Below, piece by piece: positions 54,719 through 64,000 of a DNA stretch of 64,000 nt (within the stretch, counting starts at the first letter, position 1; each line of letters starts with the position of its first letter). The DNA is from Spirochaetota bacterium (GTDB lineage Bacteria; Spirochaetota; UBA4802; UBA5550), in contig OY760686.1 in the NCBI GenBank assembly GCA_963663865.1, positions 832,001 to 896,000 on the forward strand. Direction: 5' to 3'. The notes under the pieces were generated by a model. It did not search any database and had not been told where the DNA came from. It saw only the letters and a list, made by a program, of their open reading frames with translations. Both the position numbers and the translations under genes were made by a program.

Positions 54719-55879
54719 TTATAGAACTCTTACCATAACAACACCTGAAATCTTTTTTAACAAGTCTATAACGCTACTGTCAATTTCACTGTCGATATCA
54801 ATGATGTTGTAAGCATATTCACCCCTGCTTTTATTCAAATACTCACTGATGTTAATTCCTGCATTTGCCAGTATAGGAGTAATTTGACCTATTATGTTAG
54901 GGATGTTTTTATTTGCGATAGTAATTCTTTTTAAACCTTTCTTCTCACTGGAGCAGTCCGGGAAATTTACAGAATTCGTAATATTTCCATTCTCGAGATA
55001 GTCCATTATTTGATTAACAGCCATGACCGCGCAGTTATCCTCCGCTTCAGGTGTTGAAGCGCCGAGATGAGGTATTGGAATAACACTTTCAAACTTCATA
55101 ATGTCATCAGTAGGGAAGTCCGTCACATATTTGCCTATGGTTTCATTCTCAAGAGCTTGTACCAGTGAGGGGTTATCGACAAGTTCGCCCCTTGCGAAAT
55201 TGAGTAAAATTACTCCCTTTTTCATCATGGAAAACTTTTCTTTGTTAATAAAGCCCTTAGTTGCATCAATGAGAGGCAAATTAAGGCTGACATAATCAGC
55301 ATTCGCAAGAAGACTTTCAAGACTTGAAGTATACTTTACCCTGTTGGAAATTCTCCAGGCTGAAGCGACAGAGATATACGGATCATATCCGGTAACGTCC
55401 ATGCCGAGAGCTGCTGCGTCATTGGCAATTTTAACACCGATAGCACCAAGACCAATTACGGCCAGCTTTTTGCCCATTATCTCATTGCCGACAAAGTTAG
55501 ATTTGTTTTTTTCAACCAGATTTTTAACTTCGCTTCCTTTTCCCTCAAGAGTTTTTGTCCAGCAGATTCCCTGATAGACATTTCGTGAAGCGAGCAGCAT
55601 TCCAAGGATGACAAGTTCTTTAACAGCATTTGCATTTGCGCCAGGTGTGTTGAAAACAACAATCCCTTTTTCTGAACATTTGTCTATTGGAATGTTGTTA
55701 ACTCCTGCTCCAGCTCTGGCAACAGCTTTTAGGGAAGACGGTATCTCCATATCATGCATATTGTAGCTTCTGAGAAGTACGCCGTCAGGATCAGTAACCT
55801 TGTCAGAGAAACTGAAGTTTTCAGAAAACAGGTCTGTTCCGACCTCCGATATCCGGTTTAATGTTAGTATATTGAACAT
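54719..55879 (-). CDS. serA: D-3-phosphoglycerate dehydrogenase (with ACT domain)
   Basis: RAGAGVNNI, NTPGANANAVKE, GLGAIG, NFARG, PHLGAST. Confidence 0.93.
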   Translation of the reverse strand: MFNILTLNRISEVGTDLFSENFSFSDKVTDPDGVLLRSYNMHDMEIPSSLKAVARAGAGVNNIPIDKCSEKGIVVFNTPGANANAVKELVILGMLLASRNVYQGICWTKTLEGKGSEVKNLVEKNKSNFVGNEIMGKKLAVIGLGAIGVKIANDAAALGMDVTGYDPYISVASAWRISNRVKYTSSLESLLANADYVSLNLPLIDATKGFINKEKFSMMKKGVILLNFARGELVDNPSLVQALENETIGKYVTDFPTDDIMKFESVIPIPHLGASTPEAEDNCAVMAVNQIMDYLENGNITNSVNFPDCSSEKKGLKRITIANKNIPNIIGQITPILANAGINISEYLNKSRGEYAYNIIDIDSEIDSSVIDLLKKISGVVMVRVL

Positions 55880-55888
55880 TGTTTGCTC

Positions 55889-56971
55889 CTATTTATGGTT
55901 TGATTCGAAATCTTTCATGAATTCTACAAGCTTCTGAACTCCTTCAATCGGCATTGAGTTGTAGATGCTTGCGCGCATTCCACCTACAGAGCGGTGTCCT
56001 TTAAGATTTACCAGTCCTGATTTGGTGGCTGTTGAGATGAATTCTTTATCAATATCTTCTGAGCCTGTAACAAAGGGGACATTCATTAAAGAACGGTCTT
56101 CTTTTACGACAGTTCCTTTAAAAAGGCCTGAATTATCAATAAAATCGTAGAGCATAGAGGCTTTAGTTCTGTTTTGTTCTTCGACTGCTTTTAAACCTCC
56201 GAGATCTCTAATCCATTCGAAAACAAGTTTGGCTATATATATTCCATAAGTCGGAGGGGTATTATAGAGAGATTTGTTTTCGTCGTGGATTTGATAATTC
56301 AACATAGTTGGAGTGATATCCATTGCTTTTCCAATAAGATCTTTTCTGATAATAACAACAGTGACTCCAGCTGGACCTATATTCTTTTGAGCGCCCGCAA
56401 AAATTAAACCGAACTTGCTAACGTCTATTTGCTCGGAAAGAATATTTGAAGACATATCGGCAACCAGAGGCACATCGCCAGTGTCTGGAAATGTTGTGTA
56501 TTTTGTGCCATAAATTGTATTATTTGCACAAATATAGAAAAAATCCGCATCCTTGCTGAAGGTTGAACTGTCAAGCTTGGGAATGTAGGTAAATGTCTTA
56601 TCCTCAGATGAGGCCAGTATGTTTACTGTACCGTATCTTTTCATTTCTGAAATAGCTTTCTTTGTCCATGCTCCGGTGTGAACCAGGTCACATTTCTTCG
56701 ATGACGCAAAAAGATTAAGAGGTATCATGGCAAACTGTGTTGAGGCTCCACCCTGAAGAAAGAGGACAGAATAATTCTCTGGGATATTGAGTATCTCTCT
56801 TAACAGAGATTCTGCTTGTTCAATAATGGCCTCAAAGGGTTTTGACCTGTGACTCATTTCCATAACGGACATACCGGCATCGCCGTATTCAACAAGTTCA
56901 GATGCAGCCTTTTTTAATACTGATTCCGGGAGAACTGCGGGACCCGCTGAAAAATTATAAACTCGAGACAT
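55889..56971 (-). CDS. serC: Phosphoserine aminotransferase
   Basis: NFSAGPA, MEMSHR, ADMSS, GAQKNIGP, GHRSVGG. Confidence 0.97.
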   Translation of the reverse strand: MSRVYNFSAGPAVLPESVLKKAASELVEYGDAGMSVMEMSHRSKPFEAIIEQAESLLREILNIPENYSVLFLQGGASTQFAMIPLNLFASSKKCDLVHTGAWTKKAISEMKRYGTVNILASSEDKTFTYIPKLDSSTFSKDADFFYICANNTIYGTKYTTFPDTGDVPLVADMSSNILSEQIDVSKFGLIFAGAQKNIGPAGVTVVIIRKDLIGKAMDITPTMLNYQIHDENKSLYNTPPTYGIYIAKLVFEWIRDLGGLKAVEEQNRTKASMLYDFIDNSGLFKGTVVKEDRSLMNVPFVTGSEDIDKEFISTATKSGLVNLKGHRSVGGMRASIYNSMPIEGVQKLVEFMKDFESNHK

Positions 56972-57261
56972 GGTGACTCTCCTGATTATTTTTAATATAA
57001 TGGCGCAATGATTAGTTAACAGCCATATAAGAAAATATGGCTGAACATATATTTAATTACCATTAAATTGGCTATTATTTTTTCAATAAAATTAGTAATA
57101 ATTGGCCGTTGACGATCATTGTACGAATGCAAAAAGTAATTGGATTTAAGCTAAATTCCATTAGAATATTTATATTTGTAATGTTTAAAAGTATAGGGAT
57201 TGTCATTTGAGAAAATTTGTACAACTCTTAATTGAATTATAAATTTCTTGATAAAAAGAAC

Positions 57262-57285
57262 ATCGTGGAGTGATCGTGGAGTGAT
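57262..57285. repeat. 11-bp tandem duplication (ATCGTGGAGTG x2 + AT)
   Basis: ATCGTGGAGTG ATCGTGGAGTG AT in the AT-rich serC/DUF1015 intergenic region. Confidence 0.85.
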
Positions 57286-57394
57286 AAATAAATATAATTG
57301 AACATGAATTTGACTTTACATCTAAAGTTGCAGTTAGTGACATATTCTAATATTTCTATTTTAATTCATAAATTTGAAATCTCAGGTGAAGGCA

Positions 57395-58624
57395 ATGGCA
57401 AAAATCAAACCATTTAATGCATTAAGACCGATATCGGAATTTGCGGAGAAGGTGGCGGCTCTGCCCTACGATGTTGTAAGCACAGAAGAGGCCAGAGAGA
57501 TAGCGAAAGATAACAGGTATAGTTTTTTCCATGTCAGTAAACCGGAAATAGATATGCAGGACAATGTAGATCCATATTGTGAGGAGGTTTATTCGGCAGG
57601 AAAAGCTGCACTTCGAACATTTATTGAAGAAGGCGTTTTAAAAGCTGATAATAAGCCCTCATTGTATCTTTATAGCCAGAAGATGGGAGAAAGGGAGCAG
57701 ACTGGCATTGTTGCATGTGTAAGCATTGATGATTATATCGAAAACCGCGTAAAAAAACATGAACTTACTCGTGAAGACAAGGAGCTTGATAGAACCAGAC
57801 ATCTTGATACAGTAAATGCCAACACTGGACCGGTCTTTATGCTTTTTAAAAGCGATTCAAGAAAAAACAAATTGATTGAAAGGTCCAGGGTTATACAGCC
57901 TGTATATGACTTTGTAGCCGATGATGGTGTCAGGCATACTGTCAGGGTTATAAATGACCAGGAACTTATAGACAGCTTTGTGGAAATCATGGAGGCAGAA
58001 GAACTTTATATTGCTGACGGACATCATCGGGCGGCTTCAGCTGTGCGTGTTGGAAAGCAGAGAAGACAGAATGCCGTCTCATATAGCGGGGACGAAGAGT
58101 ATAACTTTTTTCTTTCTGTCCTCTTCCCGCATTCTGATTTGAAAATTATGGCCTATAACAGGGCAGTCAGGGATCTCAATGGACGGACTCCCTCTTCTTT
58201 CCTCGACGAGGTCTCTGCTGGCTTTGAAGTTTTCAAAACAGGAAAATCAATTCCTACGGAAGAAAAAGAAATATCTGTCTATCTGGATTCAGAATGGTAC
58301 ACATTAAGGCCGAAAGGAGCTATCCCGTCAGACCCTGTTGAGTCGCTGGATGTGCGCATTCTGCAGGATAGAATTCTTGATCCCATTCTTGGAATAAATG
58401 ATCCACGGAAGGATAGCAGAATAAGTTTTATTGGCGGCATTAGAGGTGCCTTAGAACTTGAGAAGCTGGTAAACTCGGGAAAGTACGCGGTAGCCTTCTC
58501 AATGTATCCTACAACGATCGAACAGTTGATTAGTGTGTCAGACGCTGGCTTGATAATGCCGCCAAAATCTACGTGGTTTGAACCCAAACTCAGAAGCGGT
58601 TTGTTTGTCCATCTTTTAGACTGA
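57395..58624 (+). CDS. DUF1015-family protein
   Basis: LPYDV, KKHELTR, YIADGHHR, MPPKSTWFEPKLRSG. Confidence 0.88.
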   Translation: MAKIKPFNALRPISEFAEKVAALPYDVVSTEEAREIAKDNRYSFFHVSKPEIDMQDNVDPYCEEVYSAGKAALRTFIEEGVLKADNKPSLYLYSQKMGEREQTGIVACVSIDDYIENRVKKHELTREDKELDRTRHLDTVNANTGPVFMLFKSDSRKNKLIERSRVIQPVYDFVADDGVRHTVRVINDQELIDSFVEIMEAEELYIADGHHRAASAVRVGKQRRQNAVSYSGDEEYNFFLSVLFPHSDLKIMAYNRAVRDLNGRTPSSFLDEVSAGFEVFKTGKSIPTEEKEISVYLDSEWYTLRPKGAIPSDPVESLDVRILQDRILDPILGINDPRKDSRISFIGGIRGALELEKLVNSGKYAVAFSMYPTTIEQLISVSDAGLIMPPKSTWFEPKLRSGLFVHLLD

Positions 58625-58628
58625 TTTT

Positions 58629-59363
58629 TCAGCTGTTCATAAGAACAAGGTCTTTTAACTTCAGAATTTCCTTTTCTTTGAGGAGCCGGATATCGCCCTT
58701 ATTGATTCCTTTTACTGTAAGCGGCCCGTATCCGGTTCTTTTAAGGTATGTAACTTTATAGCCGAAGTTTTTGAAGGTGTATCGAATCTGACGTTTTTTG
58801 CCTTCCGAAATAGTTATCTTCACACGCTTCCCGATAAGATCAGTTTTTTGTATCGAGCATTTTCTTGTTTTAAGTTTTAACTGATGCAGGAATATCCCTT
58901 TTTTAATCTTTTTAAGGTGAGCGTCATCAAGCGGTTTATCAAGCTCAACAATGTACTCCTTTTGTACTTCAAATTCTGGATGGGTAAGCCGGTGTGCCAT
59001 TTCTCCGTCATTCGTCAGAAGAAGAAGCCCCTCTGTGTCTTTATCGAGTCTACCCACTGGGAAAACACCGGCGCGGATATACTTATCCGGGATCATCTGC
59101 ATCACTGTTGGCCTGTTTTTCTCATCCATCGTTGTTGTGATGTAGTTTTTTGGTTTGTTAAGGACTATATAGTATAGTCTCTCAAGCTGGCTGATGTTCT
59201 TTCCATCCAGTTGTACAACATCTATTTCCGTATTGACCTGAGTTGAAAGCCTGGTAATAACTGTTTTATTTATGGAAATACGCCCGCTTGAAATGTAATC
59301 TTCAACCTTGCGTCTTGACCCAAGGCCGCATTGGGACAGGTATTTATTCAGCCTTATCTGCAT
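58629..59363 (-). CDS. rRNA pseudouridine synthase (RsuA/RluB family)
   Basis: S4 domain RLNKYLS..GSRR, VGRLDKDTEGLLL, EGKKRQIR. Confidence 0.93.
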   Translation of the reverse strand: MQIRLNKYLSQCGLGSRRKVEDYISSGRISINKTVITRLSTQVNTEIDVVQLDGKNISQLERLYYIVLNKPKNYITTTMDEKNRPTVMQMIPDKYIRAGVFPVGRLDKDTEGLLLLTNDGEMAHRLTHPEFEVQKEYIVELDKPLDDAHLKKIKKGIFLHQLKLKTRKCSIQKTDLIGKRVKITISEGKKRQIRYTFKNFGYKVTYLKRTGYGPLTVKGINKGDIRLLKEKEILKLKDLVLMNS

Positions 59364-60102
59364 CAGCGTTTTCCTCTGGTGATTGGGCTGCCGGTTCTCC
59401 AGCCTTTTCAGTAATGTCTAATTCATTGCTTATCTTCTTAAATTCAGTTTCATTTTTTTCATTTACGCTGAAGAGGCAGTAAGTGCGGCCTCTTTTCACG
59501 TACTTCATCTGAGTATTGAAGGTAGTTCCTTTGTCGAAGGATATCATGGAGTTTGTTGAATCGATTGAGTAAAGCCCGTCAATTGCGTTTTTCTCATGAT
59601 CTCTATAGTATGATTTGTATTTGCTGTTTTCAAATAATTCAAGAACCTGATTTGTGAATGTGTCCTGGCTGTTGACACTCCACCATTTCCCATGGAGTTC
59701 TTTCTTAAGGGTTTCAGCATCCTTTTCAGCCAGCTCTTTTAGAAGTGTGTCAGCGTTGCCTGATGATGAATCTACCAACTTCAGACTGGATCCGTAAATC
59801 CATCCTGTAGTTTTATTTTTCATTTTTATATGGTACCAGTAATCTGCTTTGGACCCCACCCAGGATTTTTCAGCTGACCTTTCAATGATACTTACCATTT
59901 CCCCTCTTTCAAGCTCTGTGACTCTTGCTGAAAAAAGCAAGGGGGATATTCTGACATAGGCGTAGGGACTGTGGATGATGGCTGTCTGGTATTCAGTTTC
60001 TTTATGCTGATGTACGGTACTGTCATTTTCCTTTTTGCAGGATAAAACTGCCGTGGTTAATATTACAAGCAGAAATATTAAGCTTGAAATTGAATATCTC
60101 AT
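59344..60102 (-). CDS. SH3-domain lipoprotein
   Basis: Lipobox VLSC after a hydrophobic leader from ATG 60102; WYHI...GWIYG SH3b motif. Confidence 0.75.
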   Translation of the reverse strand: MRYSISSLIFLLVILTTAVLSCKKENDSTVHQHKETEYQTAIIHSPYAYVRISPLLFSARVTELERGEMVSIIERSAEKSWVGSKADYWYHIKMKNKTTGWIYGSSLKLVDSSSGNADTLLKELAEKDAETLKKELHGKWWSVNSQDTFTNQVLELFENSKYKSYYRDHEKNAIDGLYSIDSTNSMISFDKGTTFNTQMKYVKRGRTYCLFSVNEKNETEFKKISNELDITEKAGEPAAQSPEENADADKAE

Positions 60103-60269
60103 GTTACCGCCGCTTATTTGATGATCATTGTTGATGAATGACATTAAGTTTCATGCCTGTTTTTTTCAAGTTATTTCTCATTTCACTTAAGCTGAAGGGA
60201 GTGAATTACTGTTGACGTGTTCATCTCATTCACAATAAAATAGTATTTTAGTGCTTTTGAGAGGGGATT

Positions 60270-61406
60270 TTGAAAAAAAATCTGTCAATAATATTGCTTT
60301 TTTCGTTTTTTACACAGATCTCTGCTTTTGAGAGATTCAACACGGTTTCAGTCGGCAGCGATAAAGCAAAATATATTTCTTACCGCGAATACATAATGAG
60401 GCCGGGAACTCAGTTCCGCTATGACCAGGTTATGGAGAGGCTGGTATTGTATTACAGAGGCCACATGTCTGTAATACTAATTAATCATAATGTTATACTG
60501 GTTGATGGCAGTGTTTTACGTTCTGATTTCCCGGTAATACGCAAAAAAGGAGATATTCTTATTCCATACGATGTTGCAAAACAGCTGTCAGATTGTCTTT
60601 ATGGCGCTGGTGTGGCAAACCGGGATGGGCCGACCGATGAAAACACTAAGGATGGCAGGACGGAAATTGCAAGAGATACAAAAAATGATGAAATCAAATT
60701 CATAATTATTGATCCCGGTCATGGTGGTAAGGATCCCGGGGCTGTATCCGGGAAAAAAATTTATGAAAAGAATATTGTTCTGGATGTTTCAAGGCTGGTA
60801 GCTGAAAGACTGAAGAAAGGCCTAAAGGGTATTAAGGTGGTTTTAACCAGGAACACTGATGTTTTCATAGAACTTGACAGAAGGACTGAGATTGCAAATT
60901 CCAGGCTTAACAGAAATGAAAACGGAATATTTGTCAGTATACATGCCAATGCCTCTCTGTCTCCAAAAATTGCTGGGTATGAGACCTATTACCTGTCACA
61001 GAATCCCAGCAATGATGATGCAAGAAACACTGCTGCTCTTGAGAACAATGTTGTAGTTCTTGAAAAAAAGCAGGGCGCTTTAAAGTATGGCGATATTGAC
61101 TATATTGAAGCCAGGATGATGACTACGCAAATTCAGAAGGAGAGCCGGCTTCTCGCGGAAAGTATACAAACTGGAATGAGAAAAAGGCTTGTCCCGAGCC
61201 GTTCACTCGGTGTAAAAAAAGCTGATTTTTTCGTTTTAAGGGGGGCGTTAATGCCTTCCGCTCTTGTTGAGATTGGTTTTCTGACAAATAGATCAGAATC
61301 TCGAAAACTGCTTCAAAAATCATATCAGAATCAGATTGCGCGAGGTATTTCAGAAGGAATAATGGGTTTTATAGATAAGTATAATAGTAAGATACTTCAA
61401 AAATAA
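60270..61406 (+). CDS. N-acetylmuramoyl-L-alanine amidase (Amidase_3)
   Basis: IDPGHGGKDPGA, YEK, SIHANA, LVEIGFLTN. Confidence 0.94.
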   Translation: MKKNLSIILLFSFFTQISAFERFNTVSVGSDKAKYISYREYIMRPGTQFRYDQVMERLVLYYRGHMSVILINHNVILVDGSVLRSDFPVIRKKGDILIPYDVAKQLSDCLYGAGVANRDGPTDENTKDGRTEIARDTKNDEIKFIIIDPGHGGKDPGAVSGKKIYEKNIVLDVSRLVAERLKKGLKGIKVVLTRNTDVFIELDRRTEIANSRLNRNENGIFVSIHANASLSPKIAGYETYYLSQNPSNDDARNTAALENNVVVLEKKQGALKYGDIDYIEARMMTTQIQKESRLLAESIQTGMRKRLVPSRSLGVKKADFFVLRGALMPSALVEIGFLTNRSESRKLLQKSYQNQIARGISEGIMGFIDKYNSKILQK

Positions 61407-61473
61407 CTTGATTTTCTGGCACATAGACAAAGATAAGTCTTGAGTATAATCACTGTTAAGGAACAAAAAAATA

Positions 61474-62115
61474 ATGAAAAGAATAATATCAAAAATATAC
61501 AATTCCTTCTCGAGCCTTGTTCGTGGCCTGTGTGATTTTTATAGCACAACAGGCGGATACGTCAATAAAATGAAGGTTGAGATAGTCAATAAGACACCTG
61601 ATGGCAAGCGGTTTCTTCTGTTGTGTATCTCGGCCCTTCTTTTTGCTGATTACCTTATGGTGTCAGTACATGTTGAGAAAAATATTTTCGATTTATTCCC
61701 AGAAATTCCAATACTTGATGAAAAGAGAGATGTGAGTATTTTTCTGCCCGATCCGATGAATGGGGGCATCATTGAAGAGAAGCATTCTATTGGAAAATAT
61801 GAAACTGATGAAGCAAAGACTGTCTTTCTTTTCAACAGGGTTTTGAGAGGTTCGAAATATGAAAACACTTCAAGTGTTGTTCCGGCTGACATGGTAGTGC
61901 GTAATGTATGGATTCAAAAGTCGGGTTCTGAAGCTGGATGCTGTACAATAGACCTTAATGTGACGAGGCTTAAGCAGGGAAGCGTTGTTATACCGGGATC
62001 AGAAAAGCTGTTCCGTGAGGCTTTGCATAAAACAATTGCCGCTAACATTACCGGTGTAAAAAAGACAATGGTTCTTGAACATGGGAATCCTGCAGCGGTT
62101 CTCTGGGAGTTCTAA
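61474..62115 (+). CDS. Membrane-anchored GerMN-like protein
   Basis: TM helix, then TIDLN...ALHKTI...GVKK pattern; follows the amidase. Confidence 0.45.
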   Translation: MKRIISKIYNSFSSLVRGLCDFYSTTGGYVNKMKVEIVNKTPDGKRFLLLCISALLFADYLMVSVHVEKNIFDLFPEIPILDEKRDVSIFLPDPMNGGIIEEKHSIGKYETDEAKTVFLFNRVLRGSKYENTSSVVPADMVVRNVWIQKSGSEAGCCTIDLNVTRLKQGSVVIPGSEKLFREALHKTIAANITGVKKTMVLEHGNPAAVLWEF

Positions 62116-62124
62116 GGCTGTAAA

Positions 62125-62964
62125 CTATTCGAGCCAGACTCCATCGTAGACCTCTACCGCCGGACCTGTCAGGTAGACATGGTTGTCGGACTCAGACCAT
62201 TCTGTCTGCAGTTCACCGCCTTTTAGTATTACTTTGATTTTTCTTTCAGTCAAACCATTAAGAGCAGCTGCTACTGTTACAGCTGAAGCGCCAGTGCCGC
62301 ATGCCATTGTTTCACCAGAACCCCTTTCCCAGGTGCGCTGAATTACCACATCCCGGCTTACAATCTGAGCAAACTCAACATTTGTCCTCTGAGGGAAAAG
62401 CTGGTGGTTCTCAATAAAGGGGCCGTATTTTTCCACTGGAAAGTTTTCGACGTCTTCTACGAAAATAACCGCATGGGGATTCCCCATTGATACAGCAGAA
62501 ACGTCGAAATTGATTCCGTCGATTAGTTCAAGAGCTTCATTTAGAACCATACCGGGCTCGCCGATCATAGGAATTTTATCTCTTCGAAGAATTGGTTCAC
62601 CCATATTGACTGTGACGGAATGTGTTTTTCCGTTGCGAATTGAAAGCCGAAGCTCCTTAATGCCGGCAGGAGTTTCAATGCTGATGGCCTTTTTATCTGT
62701 ATGCCCTCTGTCGTGAACATATTTTGCGAAACACCTTATCCCATTCCCGCACATTTCAGCTTCACTTCCGTCCGAGTTAAACATTCTCATACGGAAATCG
62801 GCTTTGTCTGAATTCATGATGAGAATTAGACCGTCTGAACCAGCTCCTTTATGCCTGTCGCTCATGTTGATAGAAAGCTTGTCCGGTCTGTGAACAGGAT
62901 ATTTCCGGTCATCGATAAAGATGTAATCGTTTCCTATTCCGTGCATTTTGGTAAAATGTATCAT
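62125..62964 (-). CDS. dapF: Diaminopimelate epimerase
   Basis: FTKMHGIGND, EMCGNGIRC, SMGNPH, ERGSGETMACGTG; start at ATG 62964. Confidence 0.96.
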   Translation of the reverse strand: MIHFTKMHGIGNDYIFIDDRKYPVHRPDKLSINMSDRHKGAGSDGLILIMNSDKADFRMRMFNSDGSEAEMCGNGIRCFAKYVHDRGHTDKKAISIETPAGIKELRLSIRNGKTHSVTVNMGEPILRRDKIPMIGEPGMVLNEALELIDGINFDVSAVSMGNPHAVIFVEDVENFPVEKYGPFIENHQLFPQRTNVEFAQIVSRDVVIQRTWERGSGETMACGTGASAVTVAAALNGLTERKIKVILKGGELQTEWSESDNHVYLTGPAVEVYDGVWLE

Positions 62965-63295
62965 AGCTTTTCTCCGGACGATTGAAAATAGACGGCTATC
63001 TCTATACAGTGCGTAGTGAATTACTCCATAGTATAATTGAATATCCAAACATCAAAAAAGCAATACATAATCAAATAAAAAATTATGCAAATCAATAATA
63101 AGAAAATGTTTGCTCTGAACTATGCAGATTTCCAGGTAATAACAAAAAAACACCGGGTAAAAAAACGCATTATCCGGTTTTCTCCCACTAAAAGCGGTAC
63201 AGAAATTATCAGGGCATAAAATTCTTGCTATTGTTTCGGGATACGAATATTATTGTGTCAGTCTGGAATCTGAACAGGGTACTTACCTTAATACT

Positions 63296-64000
63296 ATGAA
63301 AAATAAATCGATTTATTTGCTAATGGCGGTCCTTTTGATTGCTGTCCTTGTGGCCGCTAACGGGGGAGTCCTCTATCTTAAGAGGACAGTTTTACCTGAT
63401 TACGAAAAAAAGAATAGCGAGGCTGTTAGTCGTCTTCTTGCTGTACCGATAATGCTGTATCACAATCTTGACGGAAGGGGCGAATTCTCAATTTCAAGTA
63501 ATGAGCTGAGAAGGCATTTTGATCTGATAACCGCATCAAATGTGCGTGTCGTTTCGTTAAAGACGCTTGTTAAGCATCTTGAACAGGGCAGGCCTTTCCC
63601 ATTTAAGGCAATAGTAATAACATTTGATGACGGTTACCGCTCAATGCACGATAAGCTTTTGCCAATTGTCAGGGAGTATGGCTTTCCGGTCACTCTTTTT
63701 GTGTATACGGATTTTATTCTTGAGCGGGGCTCAAGTCAATTAACCTGGGACAATTTAAGTGTCATGGATAGATCCCTTATTGATATTCAATCTCATTCAA
63801 TAAGCCACTCAGATTTAACCAATATCAAAGGTGGAACAGCGTTAAACGGGGCTGCCCTATTCAGGGAGCTGTATCTATCGAAAAGGATTATTGAGCAGCG
63901 GTTACATAAGCGCGTTGATTTTTTTGCTTTCCCATACGGATATTATAGCAGCGAAGTAATTGCTAATGCCAGAAAGGCCGGCTACTCCAGGGTGTTCTCT
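63296..64000 (+). CDS. Polysaccharide deacetylase (3'-truncated by window edge; not in ORF track)
   Basis: Hand translation MKNKSIYLLMAVLL...VPIMLYH...ITFDDGY...QSHSISH...FAFPYG. Confidence 0.88.
   Translation, partial: MKNKSIYLLMAVLLIAVLVAANGGVLYLKRTVLPDYEKKNSEAVSRLLAVPIMLYHNLDGRGEFSISSNELRRHFDLITASNVRVVSLKTLVKHLEQGRPFPFKAIVITFDDGYRSMHDKLLPIVREYGFPVTLFVYTDFILERGSSQLTWDNLSVMDRSLIDIQSHSISHSDLTNIKGGTALNGAALFRELYLSKRIIEQRLHKRVDFFAFPYGYYSSEVIANARKAGYSRVFS

Noticed and set aside
62965-63295. Lysine riboswitch upstream of dapF
   Set aside because: No recognisable L-box conserved motifs or terminator architecture

Overview
Core-genome window from a spirochete related to the Leptospiria (inferred from Leptospira-like signatures in L14, L1, L17, the RpoA C-terminal domain and the divergent str-operon EF-G). 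Order: Crp-family regulator (partial), tRNA-Arg(CCT)-prfA-prmC-membrane protein, nth, rdgB, a PAS/GAF histidine kinase with a stand-alone receiver, queD, a DegT-like protein, rlpA, then a ~30 kb translation/transcription supercluster (tRNA-Thr, rpmG, secE, nusG, rplKAJL, rpoBC, str, S10, spc and alpha operons). After it come a hypothetical/DUF2225/truA/OMP/lipoprotein/ddl/pssA block, CIRCE-groES-groEL, an AT-rich five-gene operon starting with a STAS-GHKL kinase and a STAS-wHTH partner, a GNAT (argA-like), a SPOR protein, serA-serC divergent from DUF1015, a pseudouridine synthase, an SH3 lipoprotein, an amidase, a GerMN-like protein, dapF and a partial polysaccharide deacetylase. No mobile element, CRISPR array or rRNA was seen. 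Best candidates for follow-up: (1) the STAS-GHKL / STAS-wHTH operon, a possible serine-phosphorylation switch; (2) a DegT-fold protein lacking the catalytic lysine; (3) DUF1015 as a possible SerB substitute; (4) a CIRCE with an 8-nt spacer; (5) a structured rplJ-rplL spacer where the usual L10 leader position is missing; (6) an extended L36. All calls are from motif recognition by eye; no database searches were run.
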